From: Tubiluchus corallicola
Taxonomy: Eukaryota > Animalia > Priapulida
Assembly: GCA_030141605.1 (NCBI GenBank)
Contig: JAQGDQ010000871.1
Location: 22,412 to 86,411 of the forward strand
DNA length: 64,000 nucleotides
Direction: 5' to 3'
Shown piece by piece: positions 41,287 to 54,200 of the stretch. The notes beneath the pieces are model-generated. The model ran no database searches and had not been told where the DNA came from. It saw only the letters and a program-made list of their open reading frames with translations. Each line of letters opens with the position of its first letter. Within the stretch, counting starts at the first letter, position 1. A program made the position numbers and the translations under genes.

Positions 41287-43396
41287 ATGGCCCAGAAAAG
41301 ATATAGTGTTCAGCAACTTAGGGACTGCCGTACAAAATTTGGGATTGAGTCATCAGATGATGGTAGGTGAAACCAGTCCATATATGCAATTAGATATGAC
41401 TATTTAAAAATTGCATGGTTGATAAATTATGTACATCCAAGGTAAAGATTACAGCATTAGGCCTTCCTTTATTTCTTCTACACACTAGAATGACTATTGG
41501 GGCAAATGACACCATTTGACAGTACTGCTCTTACATATTTTACAAAAGATTTTGTACTGACACAGTGCGGGATGGCAAAAAAGTTGCATAAACTGTATTT
41601 GTGAATGCTTGTGTGATGCGTATGTGCTTGCGTATGTGTGAATGTTTGTGTGATATGTGCATGTGCATGTAAACACATCTATATAAATTATGCAATATTT
41701 GCTTGTGTATGTATGCTTGAATGTGCAATGCTTTATTTAGAATCACAGAGTACCAATTCAAGTGTAGATTATCATGATCACGATTATGATGGTGATGGCT
41801 GTGATGGTGATGTACCTGTGATGCCAGGACCTAGTGTTGATAATGGTGATGAAGGCAATGGTAACGGTGTCATACCTGTGAGTACAGACAGCGAAACTGA
41901 TGAAAATATAGCTGATGACGATAATGATCATGCAAGGAGGAGACAAGATACGACACACATTGGAAGGGGAGCTGTGTTATGTCGAGGTTGCATGATGAGT
42001 ACAGCAGCAGCTAATGCCATAGATAATGATGATAATAGCGATGGTAATGATGATGAGGGAAATAATGATGATGACATTCTGAGAAGAGATGTTAGGACCC
42101 TCGCAAGGACAGGAGCTAGGGTACGTGGAGGCGTGAGTGCTAGAACACGTGTTAGAACAGGTGGTGGAGCAAGGAGAAATGCATTTGCAGCCAACTTGCA
42201 CCTGGACTTCCTAATTGGATGGATGGCCAAAACTTTTTTCCTGTCATCCATCAATTTACAGGCACACATGGTATTGCTGTTCAAGAGCTTTTTAAATGAA
42301 ACTATCCTGAACCTTGTGGTAAAAGAAACCAATCATTATGCAGAGCTACACCATCTGAATGAGAAATTCTCTTTTGTCTGTACACCAGCTGAAGATATTG
42401 CCCTTGATGAGTCGATGATGCTATGGAAAGGCCGATTGATGCTCAAGCAATATTTACCTGCCAAAAGGTCAAGATTCGGAATAAAGATATATTCTTTGAA
42501 TGAATCTTCATTTTATACATATCATTTTCGAGTATATACAGGTGCTACAGATCCTGCACATGACATTGATGCATACTTGCCTGCATATGCTAACCATCTC
42601 AGCAATATTGATAAACTGACAGTGTTCATGTTGAAACATCTAATTGGCAAAGGGTATAAGCTGTATGTAGATAACTGGTACACCAGTATAGAACTTTTTA
42701 AGTATTTACACTCAAAAGATACAAATGCTACCGGTACACTGAGAAAGAACAGAGTCCCACTTACTATAAAAAAAGCTGACGTCACGAAAGGTGATTGCAA
42801 ACCTTTTATGTCAGGCAGTGTAATGATTACGAAATTTGTAGACAAAAGGGAAGTATATATTTGCACCGCCGAGCATCCCCATGGCACTGAACAAAAAAGA
42901 GTCAAAGGCAGGATAGAAACTTACATAAATAACAGTGCAGTTTGCGAATACAACAGGAAAATGGATGGAATTGATAAAATGGATCAACTCCTACAGCCAT
43001 ATAGTGCTCCCAGAAAAAGTATGAAATGGCACAGGAAGCTAGTAATACATTTATTGCAAGTAGCATGTCTAAACAGTTTTAGTTTATACAAACAGTTTCA
43101 TCCAAACCCAAAAAAATGCTACTTGCAATTTCAAAAAGAAGTTATAGGGAGTCTGCTGTTCGAAGCCAATGAGGTAGGAGATGTAAATGTTCCTCGCTTA
43201 GAGCACATTGTGCGTCTAAGTGAGAAACATTTCATCTCAGTTCTACCACCTACCCACAATAAACAATACCCAACCAAACGATACCAACGAGAGGAAGCGT
43301 GTCGAGGTAAGGTACTGCTGCTTACAGTGCCCTAGCCAGCCTGCCCTATGTTTTGCAGGATGCTTTGAAATATACCATACGAAACGAAATTACTGA
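41287..43396 (+). mobile_element. piggyBac-family (PGBD4-like) transposase, decayed
   Basis: ETNHYA, DESMMLWKGR, YLPAKRSRFGIK, LYVDNWYTS, GTLRKNR, YNRKMDGIDKMDQ, KWHRKL. The Cys-rich tail (YCCLQCPSQPALCFAGCFEIYH) is in a shifted frame, and there is an internal deletion after ETNHYAE. TIRs and TTAA were not found. Confidence 0.88.
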
Positions 43397-43962
43397 TGTC
43401 ATAAGGGTGATAATGATGATGATAGTGAGATGACAAGGGTGGTGACACTGTTGACGATGATGATGATGACGACAATGACATCGACACTAATACTTTTAGA
43501 AGAAATTACAGTTACAGTATTTTTGTGAAATGAAATCATAATAACAATTTATTTTTTTGTAGCAACACAACAATATTTTGCGAATCAGAAACTTTACTTT
43601 TATTTGCTTCTACTTTTCTTTCTTTTCTGCTTTCCTTCCAATTTTTTCTCAGCTTTCTTTATCATTCTCACAAGTCTGCTAATACATCGATGAGAGATGG
43701 TAGCAACAATGACACTGATAGTAGCAGACACTGGTGGCAGTGGAATGGCGGCAGCTGTGGCACTGGTGGTGGTGGTGGAGGGGGGGTAGTTGTCACAACA
43801 GCTATTATCTCAGCATCGGCAATAGTAACAATAGAAGTGGTGGTGATGTAGTAACAACCATACTATAATAACATTGCGGTGCCTATAGTAATAGCAACTT
43901 TTCATTTTACGAAAATATTCTTGTGCGCCAGCTGGAATACAAATTGCATGGTAGTGAAGTGT

Positions 43963-45152
43963 TAAAGAAAAAAATCGCAATAGCTGAAGCATTACGCGAA
44001 GCTGGGTACAAAACTGGTATGGTGTGAAAATGGCATCTAGGCAAAGTTTGTTTAAATAAATGCTCTATTTCTCGACGGGAGCAACGTAATATTAGTGCGT
44101 CTTTGTTAGTTGTTAGTTTTGAGCAACTACAATGGATAACGATGTGGCTGCACACCAACCAATGCCTTTCCTTGACGAATTATCTAGGCCTGGCATAGAC
44201 ATAAACATAGACATATACATTTTTTATTTATGTCCTCATTACACCAGAATACAAATAGACTGTAAATGCTCTAATTATTAATTAATCGAGATAAATTATG
44301 CATAAAGAAAGCGTTACGGGGTGCATGAGAAAGGGTAGTGAAAGACCAATTGGTCATCAAGTCAATACCCTTCTAGCAAACATGTTCCTATTTTTCAGGA
44401 ATCAATGAGTTTAACAGGACTGATGGAAACCATCTTCCTTTTCATCACGGCTTTGATTGGGTGGAAACCATTCACCCTCTGTCGCTCAACTTTCACCGTG
44501 GCACTGTATGACTACTGACATACTGACACTGTATGTGTGGCACTAAATTAACCAAAAACGGAATTCAAAGAATTTAGTTTGTTGTCTGTCGAAATTCATT
44601 CAGCTGGCAGATTGAGTGTCTTTGACGTATATTTTGCCAAAACACAAGTGAAGCTACAGCAATGAGCGAATTTTAATGGCCATTTACTCTGATGAGTCAT
44701 AATGAGACGCAAACTTACTATTGTTTATGTTGCAGATTTTATTGAAGCCTAGATATTTATTTCAAAATTTATTCGGACAATTTTTAATGCAATAATTTCT
44801 AATATTTTGTGGATTCGTTTTCTTGTACAGGAGCCATGGGCAGGTGGCGATATTTTTATTATGTAAATAAATTAGAAATATCCTGGTTTTAATTGGATAA
44901 CCTTTCGTTATTCTTCTTTTCTGCGACATACGGGGAAACAATCCAGCACTGAATGTTTCACATATTTCAACGACACTCTAGTTCAACAACCTATCAACTT
45001 GGAAACAATGGCAATTCGTATGCTTGATGATGCTAAACGTTTCATTAGAACCCAAGTTGAGGACTCTCGTCAGTTCTTTTTGTATTATTCTTTAACTCAC
45101 ACACACGCTGATCTCACAGTGAGCAAACGGTTTCAGGGAACTTCCAAACGAG
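43963..45152 (+). pseudogene. Truncated tandem copy of arylsulfatase exons 2-4
   Basis: 43963-44040, 44399-44505 and 44924-45152 closely match exon 2 (3' part), exon 3 and exon 4. Lesions: GGA>TGA stop in the GKWHLG motif, donor GT>GC, exon 4 acceptor AG>TG. The other exons are absent. Confidence 0.9.
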
Positions 45153-46729
45153 GTAGATTGGTTCAGTCAGACACTTGATAACATGGAAACTTTGTAAAAC
45201 AGATAATTAATTAACGATTGGCAATGTTCAAGGACATTTGGCAATGCAAGTTCTTAGTGATTGATTTCTTGAACCTTAATATCTGGTAACTACTTGTGTT
45301 TGTAGTTCAGACATCTTGTAATTCTGCCCCGTGGTAACTCATGTACCTAATAGCTTAGATACATAGCAAGTCTTACAATTAGCAGCTGCAAAAACGCTTT
45401 GTAACTTGGTTACCAATAAATGACATGGACAAATTGGAGTGACAAATAAAAAATCTCGAGCATATTAATGAAAAACACAGTGTTTCAGGCCGGCACTATG
45501 GACGCCATATATTCAAGTGGAAAAATTATGATTGTTTATTCTCGTAAAATCAAAAAAGTTTCTGGCCATCTTTAATGCGCTTTTATTTTTTTCAATTTTA
45601 AGCGTAAATACTCCATAATGATATACTGAAACCCAGTGTTTTCACATCATTATTGTGGGAATTTTTATTTATTGGTTACAGTGAGTCTCAATGCCACGTT
45701 TTTGATCACCACATTCCCTAACGATTTGAAGACGACTTGAATGGGTAAATTAAATCTTCATCTCCTTGTCTGCAAAGGACTATAACTAGTTATTTTGCCC
45801 ACCATTGGTAAATTAGTTACGGAAAGACAAAAGAGGCTTATTCAAAGAGTTAAGAAAAATTAGATCCACTTTCAATAATGTAACATGCATTAATGGGTTG
45901 AGTGACTGACAGTTTTTACATATTTCTTGATTAAAATTAGTTGTACAAAATTGTTCAGGTGTTGCCAGAAATTGCAATCCTCTGATTATGCTGTTTTTGC
46001 TTAATGTGTATACAACGGAGAATGTTTATGTCAAGTGGAACAAAGTGACATCAGAATCATTAAAACTGAATGCTGGTGCGAGGCAAGGAGCTGTTCTGTC
46101 TATTCCATAATTTAATGTCGATTTGATCGCCTGTTGGTGAAAGTGCAAAATTCTAACTGTTTTTTAAAGCCATACTGTAAAATGTGATCACATTTACGTC
46201 ATGTTGTGACCTTTAATTTATGCAATAACAATGGTATAAAGAAGGAAACGGTTGAATTCATTGAGCAGGCAAATAAAGTCATAACAGAATTTTGTAAGGC
46301 GAGCTTTGTCATAAGAGAGAAAATAACAATGACTTACTACTCGCCATTTTATAACTGCCAGTCTTAGAATCTTGATTCTGCTTTTTTTAAAAGGAAATTA
46401 GACATCGCATGGAACGTAGAAATAAAACGGTTTTTGGATTACCGAACAGAATTCACACAAGGTTGTTACCGCTAATATGAAATGTGTATCCTCCATCATG
46501 GCATGTAAATACAACATCATCCCATTTTATAAAACTGTGGCTAGAATCTGATAGCAAACCTACAGAATTGTAATAGTTGTAGTGCAATTAATTGCAAGTG
46601 GATAGATTGTCAAATAAGTAAATACTGCATAATTTCAAACTAGAATTATCTGTTGCACACGCTGGATGGCTTCGTACATGCAAGCATTATACGTTTGTTT
46701 CTCGTTGGTGCAGCATGCTCATATACGTT

Positions 46730-47210
46730 TAGATGACAATGAAATTATGGATATGATTGACTTTTCTAGGTAACATTAAAAATCATTTGAAGTTGACTCT
46801 AGATCAACAACAAAATCCAGTCAGATTTCTGATCAAATAAATAAGATAAAATAAAAAGTACATGAAAGAACCAAACAAAATTTCCGACAATTATTTTCAA
46901 CAGTATTGTTTTATTTTATCACTTCTAAGTGTCTGTAGTTAGACAACATTACTATTATTATTAATGACTCTATTATTACCGTGAGAAACAGTTAATTGTT
47001 TGAAGTTAACAATGTTGTAAACACAAGATATTACTAACGTTGTTAAATTTTCAGCTTACACGTGTAGATTACAATGAAATTATGGATATGCTTCACTTTT
47101 CTAGCTAACATTAAAAATCATTGGAAATTGTCTTTAGATCAACAAACAAATCCAGTCAGTTTTCGGCGTGATAATAAAAAATACACTGAAGAAACCAAAC
47201 AAAATTTAAG
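46730..47210. repeat. Imperfect ~150-bp direct duplication
   Basis: acaatgaaattatggatatg...taacattaaaaatcatt...tagatcaacaa...aatccagtcag...aaccaaacaaaattt occurs at ~46730 and ~47066. Confidence 0.8.
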
Positions 47211-47369
47211 ATATTTTAAACCAACTTAGCAGGCAACTAAGGATATTATTAAGTAATTATGACAGTGATTGCCAGAATTTCTGTAAACCTTTGCAATTTA
47301 TTTTACAAATTATTACCCATTGCGGGAAATGAGTTGGAAAAAAGAGACACTGAAAAATTCTGATTTTAA

Positions 47370-47428
47370 AGGCGGGATTTGAACCCGAGACCTGGGTTTA
47401 GTAGTACCTAAGCTACCAGCCCAGCATG
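47370..47428 (-). mobile_element. tRNA-derived SINE fragment
   Basis: The minus strand has GGTAGCTTAGG and a good B-box GGTTCAAATCC, but is too short and truncated for a tRNA. Confidence 0.45.
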
Positions 47429-48279
47429 ACAGAGCAGGCCTAAGATTGTCAATATTTACGCTTTTACAAGACAGCTTGATACTGTTTATATAAATAAGTG
47501 ACTAATTAAAAATTCATTACAGTTAGGCTTATATTGTGTTTCATGCATTTTGTAGTAAATCATTTGACAAATACATTACACAGACAATCACCACGCAATG
47601 TTAGCATTTTTTAATATAAATTCGTACATAAAATCACAATCACAAAAATTAAACAAGTTAAACAATAAGAGAAACCAATTGTTTTTAACAATATTCAGTC
47701 ATCAGCTTTTTTCAGGTTTCTCTTACTAGAAACTTTTGTTATTTTAAATCAATTCTACGATTTCTTTGAAGATGGTTCGTATAAAATAAATTGACATAAA
47801 AGGTTAAGTATGCAGGAGTGCAAACGAGTAATTTATAGTAAATTGTCGCTCGTTTCGAGAATTGTTTTTGTATTTTTTTTTGGTAATTTTAATAAGCTGT
47901 CACATCCCGCAAAAGCTTGATAATTGATGCCAACCGACGGGCATTAACAAATGTGACATATCATTATGTCCTCTGCTAGATGTTTTCGTATCCGTAAACA
48001 TGTTAAATGTGCGCTACATTGTGGCTAATTAACTTACTTTACTGCTGATACTATAAAATTATGTAATTCACTTAAAAATAACACACGGTTAGATATTGAC
48101 ATAAGTGCCTACGTAGTTATTTTTCGTACCACTAAACTAAACGTCATTGTTAGAAATTTTAATCTTGTTGAGTATACTTGAATGTAATAATTAATTACCA
48201 TCGTGCATTCTGATAAACAGCAATTCTAGTAATAACAGGAATAATTGGTTACATTATAACGTAACTACGCGCAGGTAGT

Positions 48280-51200
48280 CTACTTCTTACCATAGAGCTT
48301 CCAATCAATCAGTGCTACACTATCATCCCCAGCTGTCTCAATTTCTGCACGGATTTCACACTCCTTGGTTAAATGGTTGAAACTAAATGCTTTGCAGTTT
48401 TCGTCTCGTGAGCACTCAGCTTGACAGATTACAGCAGATCTTCTTTTAGCTTTACGCAAAGCTACACTCTGACCTTCAAAATTTGTACCAATCCGTTCAA
48501 ACGTGGTGTAGGCAGCTTCAGCTGAGCCTAAAGAAACATGTTACTGAAGAGTAAATTTCAAAACTGTGTGACTTGTTCTCCAAACACAGAGGTTATGAAA
48601 GCAACAAACAATATATTGAGAAAACTCTTGCACTCAAAAAACATAGACTTTAACAATGCTGTCCTCTGATCAACTAAACTTGCATGCTTTGAGAGAATTG
48701 AGCTGTAAATCACGTGACTAGAAATTCAAGTTGCTATTGGAAGGTACATCATATTCGTGCATACAGACCATAAATGAAAAGGTCACCTGTACTTTATGGA
48801 CTACTAGATACATCAATATACTTGGCTTCTTTGAGCAGAATAAAGATTATTGCATAGAAAGAGTTGTCTTATGTCTTCTATATTTAACTAGTCAAATGAT
48901 GAATTTCTCTCCAATAATAAAATTAACAATTTAATTAGGCCACTAAGCAAATATAAAGGAAAAGAGAAAAACATTTACAGACTTAATAAACTCATTCCTG
49001 ATAAACTCTATACAATTAGTCAAAAAGGCCTGTAGGTGGCAGCACACATCATTTCAATACCTTAATGTAGTATACTATTAATTAAACTTTACAAATAGTA
49101 CAAACAATCGCGTACTTTGTACAATAAGCGACCACAGGTGTCACTGTAATTATGAATTTATGATAGCTGATCTTTGAATTCCAATCAGTTGAAATGGGTT
49201 CATGGAAATTAGTCATAATTTCCAGTGGAGAAACCAGAGTCCTTATTGTAAAATAGACTGCCAAATAGTCCAAACCTTGAACAAGTATAATGCCATATGT
49301 GAATATGGCAATAACTGCTAAGTTTGGTCAATCTTTTCTGTTTGATTGTTCATTATTCATCTTTTACTGTTCTAACCTCTGGATCACTTTTAGTATTGGT
49401 ACAGATACTATTATAAAATTAAAAGCGGCCTATTAATTTGCATTGACAAAGTTTTTTGCTTACCGTGGGATCACAACAGCATCTAGAATATGTGCCTAAA
49501 ATGGCTGTGATCATTTTAAAGTGATTTTACGTAAATAAGTAAGTATATATACTTTTAGCCTTCGACAAGGCAATGTTATTCTTATTAGTGATGTCATTTC
49601 AACTTCGGAAATTTTTGCCCATTGGGAATATACACTTACTAACCCTTTTTTAAATGTTCAGCTTACTAATCCCCCGTTCTTTGTGTATATATTTATTTGT
49701 TTTGTAGTAATTATTTCTTAAATAGTGATTTTTAATCTAGTTTTTAACTATTCTGTGGTACTTGTGATGTAACGAGGTAAACGTAAAATAAAAATAAAAA
49801 TAAACCATTTCATTTTTCTCTTCATATTTCCAATAATTTGGATTTGTCATCATGACAAGAAAATTTATAAATCGCCTCAGGAATTTTTATCATAACTGTA
49901 TAAAATTTGCACTTTTTTGGATAACTGCACACTTACCAAAAGTTTTTCGATTTAAAAACTCGTTAGCAGTATTTATGCCAAAGCATAACTGTTCAACTTG
50001 TTAAGTGCCTGTGATGTAGGCCTAAGAAAACAACGAAAGCATAACAAAAGTATTACTAGTTTATGTTACACGTTCTTTACTAACACTGCAGGATTGTTTC
50101 ATTATACCGTAATGCATTAAACAGGTGAATCGAGGCGTCTGTCATGATAATGATTTATAATTTATCATTCATTATTCTGAAGTCTTAAAACTGAGCCCGA
50201 CAATCCCAGTTTTCTCACGTTGTTGCTGTTATCACTACTGCCGCCAGTAAATTCAGCCTAAATACACATTCACTTATACTAGGAGTCTCCTAATAAGAAT
50301 CACTTACTAGGAGTCTCTTAATAGGAATCACTTACTAGGAGTCTCCTAACAAGAATCACATACTAGGAGTCTCCTAACAGGATTCACTTACTAGGCGTCT
50401 CATAACAGGATTCACTTACTAGGAGTCTCTTAATAGGAATCACATACTAGGAGTCTCTTAATAGGAATCACTTACTAGTAGTCTCCTAACAGGAATCACT
50501 TACTAGGAGTCTCCTAACAGGAATCAGTTACTAGGAGTCTCCTAATAAGAATCACTTACTAGGAATCGGCTAACAGGAATCACTTACTACATTGAACACC
50601 ATCTTCCGCGTATCCTTCATTGTACTCACATGTAAAGCTACCATCAGCATCAGTACTGCTTGCCTGTTCATCGCAGTTATTATAAATTGTATTGTCATGT
50701 AACAGTCAGTTTTGTTTCCAAAGCTGAATATGTGATTCTTAATGACCAATAATAAAACTTGGCTAGTTTAACGCACCTTTACCATTCTTATAACGCAAAC
50801 CCTTCGCGGTATTTTCCAGGCATTTCACAATGAAACTTTATAATGAGCACAAACATTTAAATAGTTTTTGCTTCACTGCAATTTCATTACCTGTTATAAT
50901 TACGTTCTGTCTTCATGTCGTATTAATTTACTTTCAAAATCGAACCTCGTTAACTTTTCTCGTGTTTATTGACTTACGGCATACAGTAGCTACAGACTTA
51001 CCACTGTCAAATCCGTTATTGCTGCCATCGCCATTACTGCTGCCATTATTAATGACATCATTGCCAGTTGTGCCCTCAGTTACACCTCCGTCATTACCTG
51101 AAACACAAACAACCACCCACAAAAATTTATACCAATGGCATTTAGACACTATTGTAGCTTTTTCTTTGTTGTATAACTAAAAATTAAAGTTAGCTAAATT

Positions 51201-54200
51201 AATGTCCCGGTTTTGCGTTTTAACTGTATCTGATTGTGTTTTGGGATTTTCCAAATTTACATATAAAGTGCATGCAGACTATAATCTGGTTAATTTTTTG
51301 CCTTAAAATCGATTTGATCATAATAGGCCTAATGCCATAATAACACACCAACGATTTCAAGTGTTGACTTGAACTTAAGTGTTAGTCATTTAATAAAGAC
51401 GGTTACTTAGGCAAATGTTTAAGAAATCAAAACTAGCCCACATAACAATCCTCTGTACACTCCATCATAAACAGACATTCAAGGTTATAGGCCTGATGTG
51501 ATAAGGCATATTCACTTACTGCACTGGACTCCATCTCCCGAGTATCCTTCTTTGCACTCACATGTAAAGCTACCATCAGTATCAGTACAACTTGCATGTT
51601 CATTGCAGCTGTTGATTGTCATATTGCACTCATTTCTGTTGCCTGCACAAAGTCAGATGTTATCAACATTTTCCATAACCAGTTTTATAAGTTATATGTA
51701 TTATGTGTCCAGGATACAATTTATAATTACTATATAGGTTTAGTCACATAAGCCTTATAACTCTGGGCATATTTCGCATAGATAAGGTCGTTCAAAGATC
51801 TCCAGTTTTAGTTTTTCTATTTAAAATTCCTAGGCTTAAACCACGTGCATCATTAATAAATTAATTTGCTACAGTTGTGGAATTAAATTTATTAGTCAAA
51901 CTGCATTGTATACTAGCAGAAGAGTATTGCAGTTGCGAGTCATGTTTTTAGGTGGTAGAAAAGAATGCCAGTTAACAACTTCTAGGCAAGTCCAGGCAAT
52001 GGATGGGCAGTCGCCGAGAAGGTTCTAGGCAAAATGGGCAAAGAATAGGCACTCAGTGAGCACCTTCTGTGCAAGAATTGGGAAATGAACGAGCAGTCAC
52101 TGAGCAGCTTCTATCCAAATTGAAGCAAAGAATCAGCAGTCACTGAGTTATCAAGAGTTCAAGAGTTTATTCATTTCCAATCCATTCATTTCACTGAGTT
52201 ACTTCTACGCAAGTCCGTGCAAAGAATGAACAGTCATTGAGCAGCTTCAGAGCAAGTCTCTTAAAAAAACACAAAACAAAAACAACAACCATTGATCAGC
52301 TTCTGTGCAAATCTTAGGCAAAGAATGAACAGTCATTGAGCAGTTTCTGTGCAAGCACTGGGCAAAGACTGAACAACCATTGATCAGCTTCTGTGCAAAT
52401 CTTAGGCAAAGAATGAACAGTCATTGAGCAGTTTCTGTGCAAGCACTGGGCAAAGACTGAACAACCATTGATCAGCTTCTGTGCAAATCTTAGGCAAAGA
52501 ATGAACAGTCATTGAGCAGTTTCTGTGCAAGCACTGGGCAAAGACTGAACAACCATTGATCAGCTTCTGTGCAAATCTTAGGCAAAGAATGAACAGTCAT
52601 TGAGCAGTTTCTGTGCAAGCACTGGGCAAAGACTGAACAACCATTGATCAGCTTCTGTGCAAATCTTAGGCAAAGAATGAACAGTCATTGAGCAGCTTCG
52701 AGCAAGCAAAGAATGAACAGTCATTGAGCAGTTTCTGTGCAAGCACTGGGCAAAGACTGAACAACCATTGATCAGCTTCTGTGCAAATCTTAGGCAAAGA
52801 ATGAACAGTCATTGAGCAGCTTCTGTGCAAGCACTGGGCAAAGACTGAAACAACCATTGATCAGCTTCTGTGCAAATCTTAGGCAAAGAATGAACAGTCA
52901 TTGAGCAGCTTCTGTGCAAGCACTGGGCAAAGACTGAACAACCATTGATCAGCTTCTGTGCAAATCTTAGGCAAAGAATGAACAGTCATTGAGCAGCTTC
53001 AGAGCAAGTCTCTTGCAAAGAATGAACAGTCATTGAGCAGTTTCTGTACATGCACTGGGCAAAGACTGAACAACCATTGATCAGCTTCTGTGCAAATCTT
53101 AGGCAAAGAATGAACAGTCATTGAGCAGTTTCTGTGCAAGCACTGGGCAAAGACTGAACAACCATTGATCAGCTTCTGTGCAAATCTTAGGCAAAGAATG
53201 AACAGTCATTGAGCAGCTTCTGTGCAAGCACTGGGCAAAGACTGAACAACCATTGATCAGCTTCTGTGCAAATCTTGGGCAAAGAATGAACAGTCATTGA
53301 GCAGTTTCTGTGCATGCACTGGGCAAAGACTGAACAACCATTGATCAGCTTCTGTGCAAATCTTGGGCAAAGAATGAACAGTCATTGATCAGCTTCTGTG
53401 CAAGCACTGGGCAAAGACTGAACAACCATTGATCAGCTTCTGTGCAAATCTTGGGCAAAGAATTGGCAGTCATTGAGCAGCTTTTAGGTAAGTCCCGACA
53501 CAGAAAGAGCTTACATAAAGTGTAAAATAACTGTCAAATAAAATGGTTTTTTTTGTAAGAAACCTTTTTAGCGAATATAAGTGCGCAATATTCACAAGCC
53601 ACAAATCAAATATTGTGTGCCATATTGTCTGAGTTCAGTGTTGTTTTGATAGATTGGCTGCCGATATTTGTAAAAAATACATGATCGGTATCGGTTTACA
53701 GGCAAATAAAAAAATCAGTATCGCTTCGGTATCACTTTCGTGGAAAATACTTTCGGATCGGTTTTTTGGGGTTCAGAACAACGCTCTCTGTGTCGTCAAT
53801 TATAGCCGAAAATCTCTGTGGAACATTTTCGCAGAGACAACAGTTGCCTGCAGACACTGGTGGTAAATAAAAACTCATGCAGTCTCTCATATAGGTGAAG
53901 AAGTTTAGCAATCTTTTAGTCTCAAAACTAAGTTTTTTATTTTCAGGAGCTTTCACACTAGAAATATCAAAGAAACATGTCTCGGGAAAGTACAATCACA
54001 TTTTAAGTTAATTAGAATATACTTTAAGCTGTTTTAATGAAGATACTTACTACACACGTTGACCCCATCTCCTGTATATCCTGTGTCGCAAACACACTTG
54101 AAACTGCCAACTGTGTCTGTACAAGACGCCATCTTATGACAATTATTGCTGTTATCATTACATTCGTTGATATTAGCTGAAAAGTGCAATTATTGCTAGT

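Noticed and set aside
44680-44730. Hammerhead ribozyme (CTGATGA-GTC...GAC-GCAAAC)
   Set aside because: The GAAA box is interrupted and no convincing stems I and III are present.
49460-50257. Additional small exons of the EGF-PAN gene
   Set aside because: Splice-like sites exist, but the phases do not fit or stops occur; RNA data would be needed.
50271-50587. CRISPR-like palindromic 28-bp repeats
   Set aside because: No spacers; the units are contiguous.
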